The notes beneath the pieces were generated by a model. It did no database searches. It worked only from the letters and a program-made list of their open reading frames with translations, and was not told the origin of the DNA. A program made the translations under genes and the position numbers. From an uncultured delta proteobacterium (GTDB taxonomy: Bacteria; Myxococcota_A; Polyangia; Fen-1088), in contig CAVTRY010000011.1 of the NCBI GenBank assembly GCA_963737265.1, positions 1,280,001 to 1,344,000 of the forward strand: a DNA stretch of 64,000 bases, in the 5' to 3' direction. This document shows positions 23,948-34,900 of this stretch, piece after piece (position 1 is the stretch's first letter; each line of letters opens with the position of its first letter).

Positions 23948-24862
23948 ATGTTTGGTCTTCGACCGTTGCTGCTCATCGCGCTCGGCGGATTCAGTGCTGT
24001 GTTCACCGCGCTGTGGGGGCGCGACGTCGCGAAAAAACGCGCACGAGCGCCCGAGGTGGATGTGCCTGACGAGGACGCTGCGTCCGCCCGGCCGGGCTTG
24101 CCGTCGCCAGTGCAAACCTTCATCGGATTCATCACCAATTTCTTCGACACGCTTGGGATCGGGTCGTACGCGACCACGACGTCCATCTACAAAGTGTTCC
24201 GCCTGGTGCCCGACCACCGAATTCCGGGCACGCTTTTGGTCGGTCACATGTGGCCGACGGTGGCCCAGGCGGTGATTTACATAACCATCATCCAGGTCGA
24301 GATGACCACGCTGGCGTTGCTCATCGGCGCGTCGATTTTGGGTTCGTGGCTGGGGGCGGGCGTGGTTTCGGCCTGGCCCAGGCGCAAGATCCAGATCGGC
24401 ATGGGGCTCGCGCTGCTGGGCGCATCGGGACTGATGCTAGCCAAGGCGGTGCACTGGCTGCCGAGCGGCGGCGACACGGTGGGGCTGCACGGCTGGCGGC
24501 TGGCCGCGGGGCTTGCCGGCAACTTCACCTTTGGCGCGCTCATGAATCTCGGCATCGGCGCCTACGCACCCAGCCTGATTCTCTTCGGATTCCTCGGCAT
24601 GAACATCAGGGCCGTGTTCCCGGTCATGATGGGTTCGTGCGCCTTCATCATGCCCACGAGCGGGATTCGCTTCATCGGCCGCGGTAGTTACGCTTCGCGC
24701 GCGGCCTTGGGCCTGGCCCTGGGCGGCGTGCCCGGAGTGCTACTGGCGGCCTACGTGATCAAAGAGCTGCCGGTGAGGTATCTTTTGTGGTTGGTCATCG
24801 CAGTGGCAACCTACAGTGCCGTGGCCATGCTTCATTCCGCATGGACTGATTGCAAACAATAG
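23948..24862 (+). CDS. TauE/SafE family membrane transporter
   Basis: [29 protein letters not shown]; multi-TM. Confidence 0.8.
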   Translation: MFGLRPLLLIALGGFSAVFTALWGRDVAKKRARAPEVDVPDEDAASARPGLPSPVQTFIGFITNFFDTLGIGSYATTTSIYKVFRLVPDHRIPGTLLVGHMWPTVAQAVIYITIIQVEMTTLALLIGASILGSWLGAGVVSAWPRRKIQIGMGLALLGASGLMLAKAVHWLPSGGDTVGLHGWRLAAGLAGNFTFGALMNLGIGAYAPSLILFGFLGMNIRAVFPVMMGSCAFIMPTSGIRFIGRGSYASRAALGLALGGVPGVLLAAYVIKELPVRYLLWLVIAVATYSAVAMLHSAWTDCKQ

Positions 24863-24870
24863 AAATCACA

Positions 24871-26385
24871 ATGGGCAACCCACTCTTCGCCACCAAATCC
24901 GTCGACAAGCTCCGCTCGGACGCCGAGTACAGCTACGGCTTCAAGCGCAGCCTGGGCGCCTTCGATTTGGTGCTGCTCGGCATCGGCGGCATCATCGGCA
25001 CCGGCATCTTCGTGCTTACCGGCCGCGCCGCCGCCGCCAACGCCGGACCGGCCGTTGCGCTTTCGTTCACCGTCGCCGCCGTCGCCTCGGCCTTCGCGGG
25101 GCTGTGCTACGCCGAAATGGCGTCCATGATTCCCATCGCGGGCAGCGCGTACACCTATGCCTACGCAACCATGGGCGAGCTGGTCGCCTGGATCATCGGC
25201 TGGGATTTGATTCTGGAATACCTGGTGGGCGCCGCCACGGTGAGCGTGGGCTGGTCGGGCTACGTGTGCGCGTTCGTGAAAAACGTGACCGGCCAAGAGC
25301 TGTCGTCGACCTGGACGCGCGCCCCTTTCATCTGGGACGAGGCCACGCACCACCTGCAATCCACCGGTGCCATCGTCAACCTGCCCGCGGTCGTCATCGT
25401 CCTGGCGGTAACGGCCATTCTTATCGTCGGCATCAAGGAATCGGCGCGCTTCAACGGCATCATCGTCTTGGTCAAGGTCGCCGTCGTGCTGATGTTCATC
25501 GTGGCGGCTGCGCCCTTCGTGCGCCACGAAAACTGGGTACCGTTCATTCCACCCAACACCGGCACCTTTGGGAAATTCGGCATCTCCGGCATCCTGCAAG
25601 GCGCCACCATGGTGTTCTTCGCCTATATCGGCTTCGACGCGGTCTCGACCGCAGCGCAGGAAACCAAGAACCCGCAGCGCAATCTCCCCATCGGCATCCT
25701 CGGCTCGCTCGTCGTGTGCACCGTGCTCTACATCGCGGTCTCGCTCATCCTGACCGGCGTCGTCCACTACACCAAGCTGTCGGTCCCCCACCCCATCGCC
25801 GTCGGCATCGCGGTCACCGGCTCGCACCTGCTCGAAGTCGCCGTCGAGGTGGGCGCCATCGCCGGTCTGTCGTCGGTCATGCTGGTGCTGCTGCTCGGCC
25901 AGCCGCGCATCTTCTTTTCTATGGCGCGCGATGGCCTATTTCCGCCCTTTGCCGCCAAGGTTCATCCGCGCTTCGGTACACCCCACGTCACCACCCTGGT
26001 TACCGGCTGCGTGTGCGCCGTGGCCGGCGGCGTGCTGCCCATCGACATTCTCGGCGAGCTGACCAGCATCGGCACCCTATTCGCCTTCGTCCTGGTCAGC
26101 CTGGGCGTGATGATCCTGCGCCTCAAGCGCCCGGATATTCCGCGTTCCTTCAAAGTCCCCGGTGGCCCCTACGTCGTCCCCATCTGCGGTGTCCTCACCT
26201 CGGGCACGCTCATGTACACCGCCACCACCCACACCATCATCCGCCTCTTCGTCTGGATGGCCATCGGCCTGGTCATCTATTTCACCTACGGCGCGAAACA
26301 CTCCGTCCTGCGCACCGGAAAAGAGCCCGCCATTCCCTTCGCCGATCCCCACACCGAAACGCCGCCGCCGCGCTTGATTGACTGA
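24871..26385 (+). CDS. APC-family amino acid permease
   Basis: [38 protein letters not shown]. Confidence 0.95.
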   Translation: MGNPLFATKSVDKLRSDAEYSYGFKRSLGAFDLVLLGIGGIIGTGIFVLTGRAAAANAGPAVALSFTVAAVASAFAGLCYAEMASMIPIAGSAYTYAYATMGELVAWIIGWDLILEYLVGAATVSVGWSGYVCAFVKNVTGQELSSTWTRAPFIWDEATHHLQSTGAIVNLPAVVIVLAVTAILIVGIKESARFNGIIVLVKVAVVLMFIVAAAPFVRHENWVPFIPPNTGTFGKFGISGILQGATMVFFAYIGFDAVSTAAQETKNPQRNLPIGILGSLVVCTVLYIAVSLILTGVVHYTKLSVPHPIAVGIAVTGSHLLEVAVEVGAIAGLSSVMLVLLLGQPRIFFSMARDGLFPPFAAKVHPRFGTPHVTTLVTGCVCAVAGGVLPIDILGELTSIGTLFAFVLVSLGVMILRLKRPDIPRSFKVPGGPYVVPICGVLTSGTLMYTATTHTIIRLFVWMAIGLVIYFTYGAKHSVLRTGKEPAIPFADPHTETPPPRLID

Positions 26386-26521
26386 GCGCCTCAACACCAC
26401 CGCAGCTGGCGTTCGGCTGGCCTTCCATCGAGTAGCACGAAGGGCGACGCCTACCGGACGGGGTTGCAGCTTGAAGATGACTATTTCGTCGTCAAGGCCT
26501 GGCTCACCCAGATCGGAGAGA

Positions 26522-27685
26522 CTATTTCGGCGCTTTCCACACCCTGCCGTCATGGTTCTGATTCACTCCGGACTCGACCCAGTACACGTTCTGACTATCC
26601 ACCACGATCCCCTTTGGATTCGTGAGGCCGGTAGCAATGATCGTCGGTGAATTATTGCAGCCATTGATGGAACACTTGCGAACGACGCCAGCTCCGTCGC
26701 CAGGTCCGGACTCTTGCAGTTCACGAGCCTCCGTCCAGAATAAATTGACGCCGTCGGTCGCGACGCCACCCGGGGCGTAGAGGTCAGTGGCTATGTCGAG
26801 AACCGTTGGCTGGTTTCCACATCCCGACTTCGCGCAGGCAAACATCTTGCCTTCCTCGAAGAAGAGCATATCCACATCAAGCGCGATCTGTGCCGCTCCT
26901 GTCTCGGTCGCTGTGCTCGTCTCGACGGCGACTGGGACACCGTTGCACCCTGCCTTGGGGCACTTCCAGATTGCCCCATTTCCGACTGAGTCCACCGTCG
27001 CCCAATAAATGTCAGTTTGGTCCATGACGAGTATAGTGGAATCGACGTTAGTCCCTTGCACCGATACCAGTTCTACACCTGGAACGGAACCGGAAACCCC
27101 ACAGGTGTCAACTGCGGGTGTTCCCGTCGTCCAATAGGCATTCGTCCCGTCAGCAACGATTGCCGAAACGCTGCCCACAAAAAGCGACTGTGGGCTACTT
27201 CCACACCCGTTTATTGAACACTTGAATAGCTGTTGCCCTCCCATCACATCCGGCACACCGGTCGTCCAATCGCTCCAATACACATTGAGGCTGTCGGAAA
27301 AGAACGGGCAAGATGTGTAGTAAGCCGACACTCGATCGGATGCCAAGACAGTCGGGATGCCTGCACAGCCATCCTTCGCACATTTCATCACCTGCCCGTG
27401 CACCCATGGTTGCGGCACAGTGTAATCGGCAGGGGCGGTGCCGAGATCAAACCAGTAGACGTTCGACTCGTCTACCGCCAGCGCTGCCGGAAAACTCAGT
27501 CCTGCAGCCAGTATCGTAGGCTGAGCTGCGCCGGCCTGTGCGTCTAAGTCTATACTAAAATCGGAAGCGTCGCCACCATCACGCAGCGTCGAAGCATCAC
27601 CTTCGCTTCTTAGGGCTGTTATTGCCTTCGAGTTACACGCCAATGGGACACAAGGCAGAAGCCAGAGTAGGTAGCAGGATTGCAT
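26522..27685 (-). CDS. lipoprotein with Cys-containing beta-propeller repeats (DUF5050-like)
   Basis: Lipobox VPLAC; repeated D..NVYW and KCxxxGC motifs. Confidence 0.7.
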   Translation of the reverse strand: MQSCYLLWLLPCVPLACNSKAITALRSEGDASTLRDGGDASDFSIDLDAQAGAAQPTILAAGLSFPAALAVDESNVYWFDLGTAPADYTVPQPWVHGQVMKCAKDGCAGIPTVLASDRVSAYYTSCPFFSDSLNVYWSDWTTGVPDVMGGQQLFKCSINGCGSSPQSLFVGSVSAIVADGTNAYWTTGTPAVDTCGVSGSVPGVELVSVQGTNVDSTILVMDQTDIYWATVDSVGNGAIWKCPKAGCNGVPVAVETSTATETGAAQIALDVDMLFFEEGKMFACAKSGCGNQPTVLDIATDLYAPGGVATDGVNLFWTEARELQESGPGDGAGVVRKCSINGCNNSPTIIATGLTNPKGIVVDSQNVYWVESGVNQNHDGRVWKAPK

Positions 27686-27742
27686 GTGTCTCTTTTCGCG
27701 TCCGTGGGGACTCTTACCGCCGAATGTGGAACCAACAACAAA

Positions 27743-29929
27743 TCACGGTTGACAGCAAAGAATCGCGTGGGGGGGCACCTGTCTGACCATCGCTTTGGTG
27801 GATTATAGTGCTCACGCCGGCAACATACGACCCGCTCGGGCACTGTCCCTTGTAGTAGGTATAGTCCCAATCCGGACTGCCGTATCCAGCAGAGTCTCCT
27901 GAGTAGAAGACTTGCTTAGCACAGTTACTCTGGGAATGTGCGGTCACGGCCAGCGGGCAGCACAGCAGTTCGTCAAGGTATCCCGGCGTGTTGGAATAAA
28001 ATTGCGTCTGCGCGATGCCTTGGACAATCTCTCGCGCACCACACTCCCCCTTCACAAAATTTGGGTCCCAATCATAGCCACTATTGGGCGCCGTCCGGTT
28101 GTCCCCGCCATGAAATGACAACGGGTAACAACTGGACGGCGAAGTGAGGGCTTTCCCCTGTGGGCCACATTGAACGGCGTGGGCCTGGTTTAGCGCGCCC
28201 TTATACTTTGAGAGCCCGGTAAGGTACGCTCCTTGGTAGCACTCCCCCTTGTACTCTCCGTTGGCCCAATCATAAGGCAGCGGGTTCCATTGAGTACCGT
28301 AGTCCCCGAGCCAGAAGACCCGAGGTGCATTGCCGAAATAGAAGCCGCCACCAGAAGGTGTCACGAGTGCGTAGTCACTAGGAACAGTCGAGCCGGTGGC
28401 GCTTGAAGAGGTCCTTGTCCCAATATGAATGTGCTGTCGCTCCCTTTAGCTGTTACCACGAATGTGTTTCCCGGGAAAAAGTACGAGGCCTGACCGGAAC
28501 CGGCGTTGGGGTCGGCGCCGCTCCCCATTCGAGTAAGCCAACTGGCAGGTGTCGTGGGAAGTTCCGCCACTTCGCCACCAATCTGAAAACCATCTGCCGA
28601 TGTTTGGAAACTGCCAGTGTAGTCGCTCAACAAGAAGTAGCCAACCATTCCTCCTGTGGAATTTGGTTGTCCCGCATTGAAGACCACTTACACATACCAG
28701 CCTGGCGGATTAGCCGTCGCGCTCCTTGCTACGCTGACCAATATGGTCTGCTGCGTTCCTCCCGGGTTGCCGTAGTAAGAGATGGTCACATTGGGGCCTG
28801 TGGGGGCGCCAGGGAGAGTGTGAAAATTAAGTTCGTCATGATAGCCATTGTTGGTTGCAAGAACCTTAAAATGCAAGTTAGTGTTCCCGTATTCCGTAGC
28901 TACCATCGAGCCAACCTCAAGTGTTCTCATGCAAGGGATCAGGTTTTGGCCAACTTGATCATTGTTGCAGGTCGTGATGCCCTGCGAGTTGAGTCCGCAA
29001 CCAGTCATTAGCCACAACTGATCGATGCTGTGGGAATATGTTACTTGGGTATCCTGAGGGGCCACCGGTTGATAGAGCATCCATTGCGCGTTCGCTTGGG
29101 TTATGCCCGCTCCAGTTCCGCTTAGCTCCGAAACTTTCACAACATGCGCATAGCCGGGCAGTTCCGCAAAACTCGGGCATTCGTACGCAGGAGGCGGGGA
29201 AGCGTGCCGCAGCGTCCTTGTCAGAAAGGCGTCGAGCCCTCCGGAGGCCTGAATATCAGCGACGCTCTGTCGCAAGATTGGTACCGTCCCTTCTGGGCAA
29301 GCTCGGGGCCTGCCGAACGCGTCCGGATATCCGTTGAACCAGAATTCATCGGTAGCCGGTCCCGTATTCAGAGCCAGCCCTAGCGGAGGGGGAGGGGGAG
29401 GCTGCGGAAGGGTAGTTAGTGGAGTTCCCTTCGAGGCGAGTTCCTTGGCCTCCGGTGTCGCGAAATAGTCCACGCAGTCGATTGTCTCCGCTGCCTTGGT
29501 CAGAAAGGAGTGTTTAACGTCAGAGGGAGAATACCGAGCACTGAGATATGCTTGTATTTTGGCGTTTTCCGCGGCGCTGAGTGGTGTGGAATTCTGCGTT
29601 GTCGTGGCAGAAACTCCGCCTACCGTTGCAGCTCCCATAGGGGCAGCTTTTGCGATGCTCGTGCTCGTCGAAGTTGCGGTCACGGTTGGAATGTTTGTAT
29701 CCGCGCTGGGTTCCCCCGATGCGGTGCCAGTGCCAGAGAAGGTTCCGGTCGCTGTAGCGATTCCGCCGCCATCGACCCCTCCCAGTCTCGAGCTCGCTAG
29801 GTTCACAGCCACGCGAGCCTGACTCTTACTGGTGTCAGACTGCATCTGCCCGCAGCTGAGGAAAGAACAAGCCAATACAAGCGTGGCAAGAGACCGATTC
29901 GTTGACATGGCTCCTCCTGGAGGTCGCAA
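27743..29929 (-). pseudogene. neprosin-family glutamic peptidase lipoprotein with C-terminal Cys-rich triple repeat (in-frame stop and frameshifts; pseudogene or read errors)
   Basis: Pro-domain TIDCVD and CPEGTVPILR; catalytic HSIDQLW, TLEVG, VGYF, GGEVA, RMGSG, ASYF, FYFG; TAA at 28688-28690, frameshift at ~28364-28447, G7 run at ~27769-27775. Confidence 0.75.
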
Positions 29930-30084
29930 CTCGGCCGGCGGAAATGCCCGGTCATCAGCTAGATTATATCAGACCTATCAGGGAAAACAGACCACGTCAA
30001 GTCTGGAGTCTACCCGATTTGGTGGACGGTCCCGATAGCTGAGTCCTGGATCTGTGGTGATAAGCAAGACTCTATCTCGACGGC

Positions 30085-31401
30085 TTACTGCAAGCAGAAG
30101 ATCTTGAGCGAACCTTGCGGCTCGCCCACGGCGATGCGGCTGCCGTCGGGAGAGACCGCCACGGCGCTCGCGTTCTCATCCCAGGCGTTGACGAGCGACC
30201 CGTCGCTGAGCGAGAGGAGCAGGACTCGTGGTCCTGCAGTGACGACCGAGGTTCCGTCGGGGGTGATGGCCAGCCCGCACACACTATCGGCAGCGATGGT
30301 TTGCGTAGTCTGATGGCTCTGCAGGCTCCACAGCTCCACCCCAGTGGCCACGTTCGCGGAGGCCAGAAGGCTTCCGTCGGGCGAGAATGCCACGCCATTG
30401 ATCGTGGTTGCCGTATTGTTGCCCGTGAGCGGCTGTAGCTCGGTGCCCGATGCCACATCCCAAAGTCTGACGGTGGACGTGTCCCAGCCCGCGCTGGCCA
30501 ACGTCTGACCGTCCGGGCTGAACGCTACCGCAGTGACGTAGCTGACGTGCCCCGAGAGCACGTGCACAAGCTGGCCGCTGTCGAGGCTCCACAGTCGGGC
30601 GGTGTTGTCGATGTTGGCGCTGGCCACGGTGTGGCCGTCAGGCGAAATGGCTATGCCGTAGGTGTAGTCTGTGTTCATGGTACGCAGCAACGTCCCATCG
30701 GTGAGCCAGACCGTGACGAAACCGTCGTTGAAGGTCGCGCTGCCCCCACCGGTCACCAGGGTCTGGCCATCCGGTGTGTAGGCCACGGAGGTCAGAGGCG
30801 ACGAGCTGCCACTCAACGTGACGACCAGCGTTCCATCGCTGACGCGCCAGATCTTGGCCACGTGGTCGGTTCCCGCACTGGCCAAGAACTGCCCGTCGGG
30901 AGAAAAGGCTACGCCGCCAACGGCGGCGCTGTGGCCAAGAAGCACTTGATTAGTACAGGCGGGCTTCTGGGTGTCAATCATGACCTCAGCCAACTGTGCG
31001 TCTGGAGCGCCAGCATCTCGGCGAGTTACTCCGGCCGTGGCAATGCTGTACGGAAAACCGCCAGCAGACGTAACGCCGCCAAAGGCGACAACACCCGCGG
31101 TGGAGGCATGCCCGCCCGTGGCAATGTTGTACGGAACCTGTCCGCCCATATATGTGCCGTATGAAAGGGCTCCGCCCTGGGAAATGTCGTATGGAACCTG
31201 CCCGCCTGATGCGACCTGTCCTGCTGTGGAACTGCCGTAGGGGACTTGTCCACCCGCGCCGCCACCCTCGGCCGTGATTCCTCCAGTGCCCAGTCTGCCC
31301 GATTGGCTCGCACCCGGCTCGCCGAGAGGTGTCCGCAATCCGCATCCTGCCGCGAGCAGAAGTGAAAGAGTCAGCAACGAATGTAGGCGATTTGTCTTCA
31401 C
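30085..31401 (-). CDS. WD40-repeat lipoprotein
   Basis: Lipobox AAGC; GH...V..VAFSPDG..LAS...D....W repeats; Gly-rich linker with GGQVPY repeats. Confidence 0.9.
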   Translation of the reverse strand: MKTNRLHSLLTLSLLLAAGCGLRTPLGEPGASQSGRLGTGGITAEGGGAGGQVPYGSSTAGQVASGGQVPYDISQGGALSYGTYMGGQVPYNIATGGHASTAGVVAFGGVTSAGGFPYSIATAGVTRRDAGAPDAQLAEVMIDTQKPACTNQVLLGHSAAVGGVAFSPDGQFLASAGTDHVAKIWRVSDGTLVVTLSGSSSPLTSVAYTPDGQTLVTGGGSATFNDGFVTVWLTDGTLLRTMNTDYTYGIAISPDGHTVASANIDNTARLWSLDSGQLVHVLSGHVSYVTAVAFSPDGQTLASAGWDTSTVRLWDVASGTELQPLTGNNTATTINGVAFSPDGSLLASANVATGVELWSLQSHQTTQTIAADSVCGLAITPDGTSVVTAGPRVLLLSLSDGSLVNAWDENASAVAVSPDGSRIAVGEPQGSLKIFCLQ

Positions 31402-31554
31402 GTGAACCTCTTGCCTTGACGCTGAATTCGCCCGGCGGTCCGAATGATAGCAGGTCTCACCGTCCCGGAGCGAAAGGCTATGACCTGACGCGCCCTTCAG
31501 GCAGCGAGGCGTTCGTACCCGGTTCGTACCGGTTGAGACGGTCCTGCTGGGCCA

Positions 31555-32145
31555 GTCGGGTCGGGGACCGGCGCGGTGGTGTACAGGACGCCCCTTGGCT
31601 GTCTCCGCCGTTTCCGGCTTCGTGCCCGTTTAGGGGTTCCATCACTCCGTCTCCGGCCCCCGCCACATCGAACCGGACAGGCGGATTTCCCGCATCACGG
31701 CTCACCGCGAAGGCTTCTTCCATCGGGGTTATGGGTCCGTTCAGCCAGGGCATGCTTTCGCGCTCCAGTACACCACGCGGTAGTCTCGAAAGAGGCCGCA
31801 CGTTCCGTACACCACGGCGCTCCTCCACCGCTTCCAGCCGAATCCCTCGCGCTTGCACTTCTTGGCCGCCAGTCGCCTCACCTTGCGTTCGACCTCGTAC
31901 TTGATTTTGCCGAACGCCGTCCCCGAGTTGCCGACACGAAAGTAGTTCACCCAACCCCGCAGGACGGAATTCACCTGCGCAACCGCCACTGGCATAGGCA
32001 GATGGCGGCTCCGGCGCAGCATGTTTCCGACTTCCTTTAGGACAGCAATGATCTTCTTCGGTCGCGGGGTTCTGCTCGCATACCATGTTCCAGTCTTCGA
32101 ACTCCGTTCCCAACGGAACTCGAATCCCAGAAACGCAAAGCAGCG
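31555..32145 (-). mobile_element. 5'-truncated group II intron (RT domain 7 + maturase domain + RNA domains V and VI)
   Basis: FAFLGFEF..LRGWVNYF..GFGWKRW reading frame; domain V GAGCCGTGATGCGGGAAATCCGCCTGTCCGGTTC at 31670-31703; 3' end CCCGAC at 31555. Confidence 0.88.
31741..32145 (-). pseudogene. group II intron RT/maturase C-terminal fragment
   Basis: Lacks RT0-6 including YADD; no endonuclease domain. Confidence 0.85.
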
Positions 32146-32295
32146 GTGGAGAGGCAGGCAGCAAGGAGCACGATCGGCCGAAGGGACCGAAGCACATCCG
32201 CCTCCAGTGAGCCGCCATCCGACGGCAAACTACATAGTAGTCGATCCATCAGCGGCGACGCGCACGCGCCGCCAGTCAGCGGCTTGTTCGGCGCT

Positions 32296-32691
32296 TCAGT
32301 TGATGTCGTGAACCATGTTGTGGCACTTGTCCGGCGCACGCCCTTCCGATACGCCTCCAAGCAGGTCGAGCTTGTTCTTCCGACGGTATCGCTCCCATTC
32401 ACGCTCCCGGTCTTCAACCGCTTCGATGGTGTCGATGCCAAAACGGCGCACGGAGATCAACATGGCCCGAACCGAAATGACGGGCGGCTTTGCCGGGCCC
32501 ACGTGACCACACCCCGGACAGCGGAACACAGGAGGTAGAATCCCACGACCCTGGCGAATCTCGTCGAGGCTGCTCTGGAGAAGGTCCCGAAGTTCCACGA
32601 CAGATTGCCAAGAGAGATCCTGGCGCCATCGACTTCGCAGCATGTCCACGATCTCTGGGAACCAAATTTGGCTGCGCTCACCTGCTGCCAT
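32296..32691 (-). CDS. hypothetical protein with CxxC
   Basis: Strong RBS GAGGAGG before the ATG; globular composition; CPGCG. Confidence 0.75.
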   Translation of the reverse strand: MAAGERSQIWFPEIVDMLRSRWRQDLSWQSVVELRDLLQSSLDEIRQGRGILPPVFRCPGCGHVGPAKPPVISVRAMLISVRRFGIDTIEAVEDREREWERYRRKNKLDLLGGVSEGRAPDKCHNMVHDIN

Positions 32692-32736
32692 GCTGCCTCC
32701 TCTTTGCGGCGATGGTCTTGTTCGCGTTGGACATGC

Positions 32737-34626
32737 TCACCTTCGCCGTCGCCTCGTCGCCGGCGCGGGTGGCGGCGCGCCCAGGGCGGTCAGGGCGGCG
32801 TCGATGTCTTTGATGATGCACGAGTTGCCGCCGCCGCCGATAAGTCCGCCGAGCAAGCCGCCGCGACTGTAGCGGGCGCGCCTGAGGTGCTCGATGGCAC
32901 GCGCGTCGCCGGACGCGCCCAGCTTTTGCACGGCGATGCGCTTTTCGTCGCACGTGCGGCCTTGCGAAAGATCCAAGGCGTAGCTGCTGACGGCATCGAC
33001 CTTTTGTTTGCAAGCCAGCGCCTCGCAGGCTTCGCGCGCGGATTGGCGGAACTCGATGCGCCGGTCATCGGAGGCAAGGTCGGCCAAGATCTCGCACGCA
33101 GGTTTGCCGACTTGTTTGATCAAGACATCCAGGGCTAGCGGGCCCAGCCGCTTGTCGCCGAGCTGGGAGCGCACGTTGACCAAAAGAGCCGCGTCGCCGC
33201 GCAAGCCGGGATCGAGCCGGAGCGCTTCTTCGTAGGCCTGCAAGCCCGCCTCGGCGTTCTTGTCGGCGAAGTTGAGATTGCCGAGCAGATAGCGCACGCG
33301 CGCCTCGTCGGGATGGGCAGAAATCTGCTGCATGATGAGGACGCGCGCTTCGGTGAAGAGCCCCTTGGCCATGGTCTCTTCGATCTGTTTGATGGGCGAC
33401 TTCAGCTCGGCCGCGACCGGCTTGGGCCGCGGCGGCTCCAGCTTGGGCGAGGCGCCCTTGTGTCCACCCCGCGCTAGGACGAGCACGAATAGCAGCAGCA
33501 CGGCAATGCCCGGAACGACAAAGCGCCGCAACGCCTCGGGCACGTGCTTGAGTAGGGGATGCGCAACCTCGTCGATCTTGGCCTTGGCCCGACAGATGCC
33601 AGTCCAGGTCCGGCGCGCAAGCGCGACCACCGCCGGCCGCGTCGCCCAGATTTTCGCGCCTGCGGAAAAGCCCATGCGTATCGACGAGGCGGCAATGCGC
33701 GCGCCCCGCTCGGCCACGTCCGTGCGCGAACGCTCGATGGCTTCGCGAAACTCGGTTGCGCTTGCGTAGCGCCGGTCACGCTCCTTGTCGAGCACGCGCA
33801 TCACCACCGCTTCCAAGGCCGGCGGAATTCTGGCCTCGGGCGCGGCCTCAGCAAAACGGGGCGGCGGCGTGGTGATCTGCATGCCGAGCAGCTTCACCAG
33901 ATCGTCGCTCTCGAACGGCTTTCGGCCCGCCAGCATTTCGAACAGGATGATTCCGCACGAATAGAGATCGGCGCGGCCGTCTGCCTCTATCCCGGCCGCC
34001 TGCTCGGGCGACATGTAGGCCGGCGTTCCGAAAATCATCATCCCGCGCGTGAGCGGTTCGTCGCTGCCCGACGCCTGGGTCATCTTGGCGATGCCGAAAT
34101 CGAGGATCTTCACCGTCTCGGGCTGGCGCGGATCGGGATCTTTCACCAGCATGACGTTGGCTGGCTTGAGGTCGCGATGGATCACGCCTTGGCCATGGGC
34201 ATGTTCGAGAGCGCGCAGGATCTGGCCGGCGATGTGGCAGGCGCGCGCGACGTCCATGCGCCCCTCGCGGTCGAGCACCTCGGCCAGTGGCTCGCCGGCG
34301 ACGAATTCCATGACCAAGAACAAGCCGCCGATTGGATCGTGGCCGAAATCGGTGACCGAAATGATGTTCGGATGGTTGAGGCGACTGGCGGACTGCGCCT
34401 CACGCTCGAAGCGCCGCGCCGCATCAGGCACGTCGCTGAACTCCGCGCGCAACAGCTTGAGCGCGAGCACCTTCTTCATCAGGGTGTGCTCGACGCGGAA
34501 CACGGTTCCCATCCCGCCCTCGCCGATGCGCGCCAGGATGCGATAGCGCTCGCCGATGATGGCGTCGGCGAGCGGATCCTGCTCGACTTTCACCATCTGG
34601 GTCGGTTCCGTCTCTCGGTCGGACAT
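32737..34626 (-). CDS. membrane Ser/Thr protein kinase with C-terminal TPR/HEAT-like region
   Basis: [32 protein letters not shown]; TM segment. Confidence 0.93.
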   Translation of the reverse strand: MSDRETEPTQMVKVEQDPLADAIIGERYRILARIGEGGMGTVFRVEHTLMKKVLALKLLRAEFSDVPDAARRFEREAQSASRLNHPNIISVTDFGHDPIGGLFLVMEFVAGEPLAEVLDREGRMDVARACHIAGQILRALEHAHGQGVIHRDLKPANVMLVKDPDPRQPETVKILDFGIAKMTQASGSDEPLTRGMMIFGTPAYMSPEQAAGIEADGRADLYSCGIILFEMLAGRKPFESDDLVKLLGMQITTPPPRFAEAAPEARIPPALEAVVMRVLDKERDRRYASATEFREAIERSRTDVAERGARIAASSIRMGFSAGAKIWATRPAVVALARRTWTGICRAKAKIDEVAHPLLKHVPEALRRFVVPGIAVLLLFVLVLARGGHKGASPKLEPPRPKPVAAELKSPIKQIEETMAKGLFTEARVLIMQQISAHPDEARVRYLLGNLNFADKNAEAGLQAYEEALRLDPGLRGDAALLVNVRSQLGDKRLGPLALDVLIKQVGKPACEILADLASDDRRIEFRQSAREACEALACKQKVDAVSSYALDLSQGRTCDEKRIAVQKLGASGDARAIEHLRRARYSRGGLLGGLIGGGGNSCIIKDIDAALTALGAPPPAPATRRRRR

Positions 34627-34900
34627 GCTTTTGACCCGGCAGAGTACCACCGCCGCGGCGGGATATGCGAGCGTCAGGCGGCAATCGTGTGCGTTGCACG
34701 TGCCCGGGTTTTCATCCATCTCTCGGCGGACACACCCATGCGTGGCACGTCTCCCGACCCGCTCTGAGATGCCCTTGGGTTTCCGGCTGCTTCGGGCCGA
34801 ACCCACTCCGAACGGCTCGGGCCGACTTTCACCACGGGCTGCTACCGCAATATCAAGTGAGGCGCCTGGGTCGTCTTCGTGCTATGTCTCCGCCGCCCGT

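Noticed and set aside
26385-26425. GCAGCTGGCGTTCGGC as an attC end
   Set aside because: No complementary partner arm was found nearby
28688-28690. In-frame stop as recoding (Sec/Pyl or an alternative code)
   Set aside because: It is TAA, which ends other genes in this window; a mutation or read error is simpler
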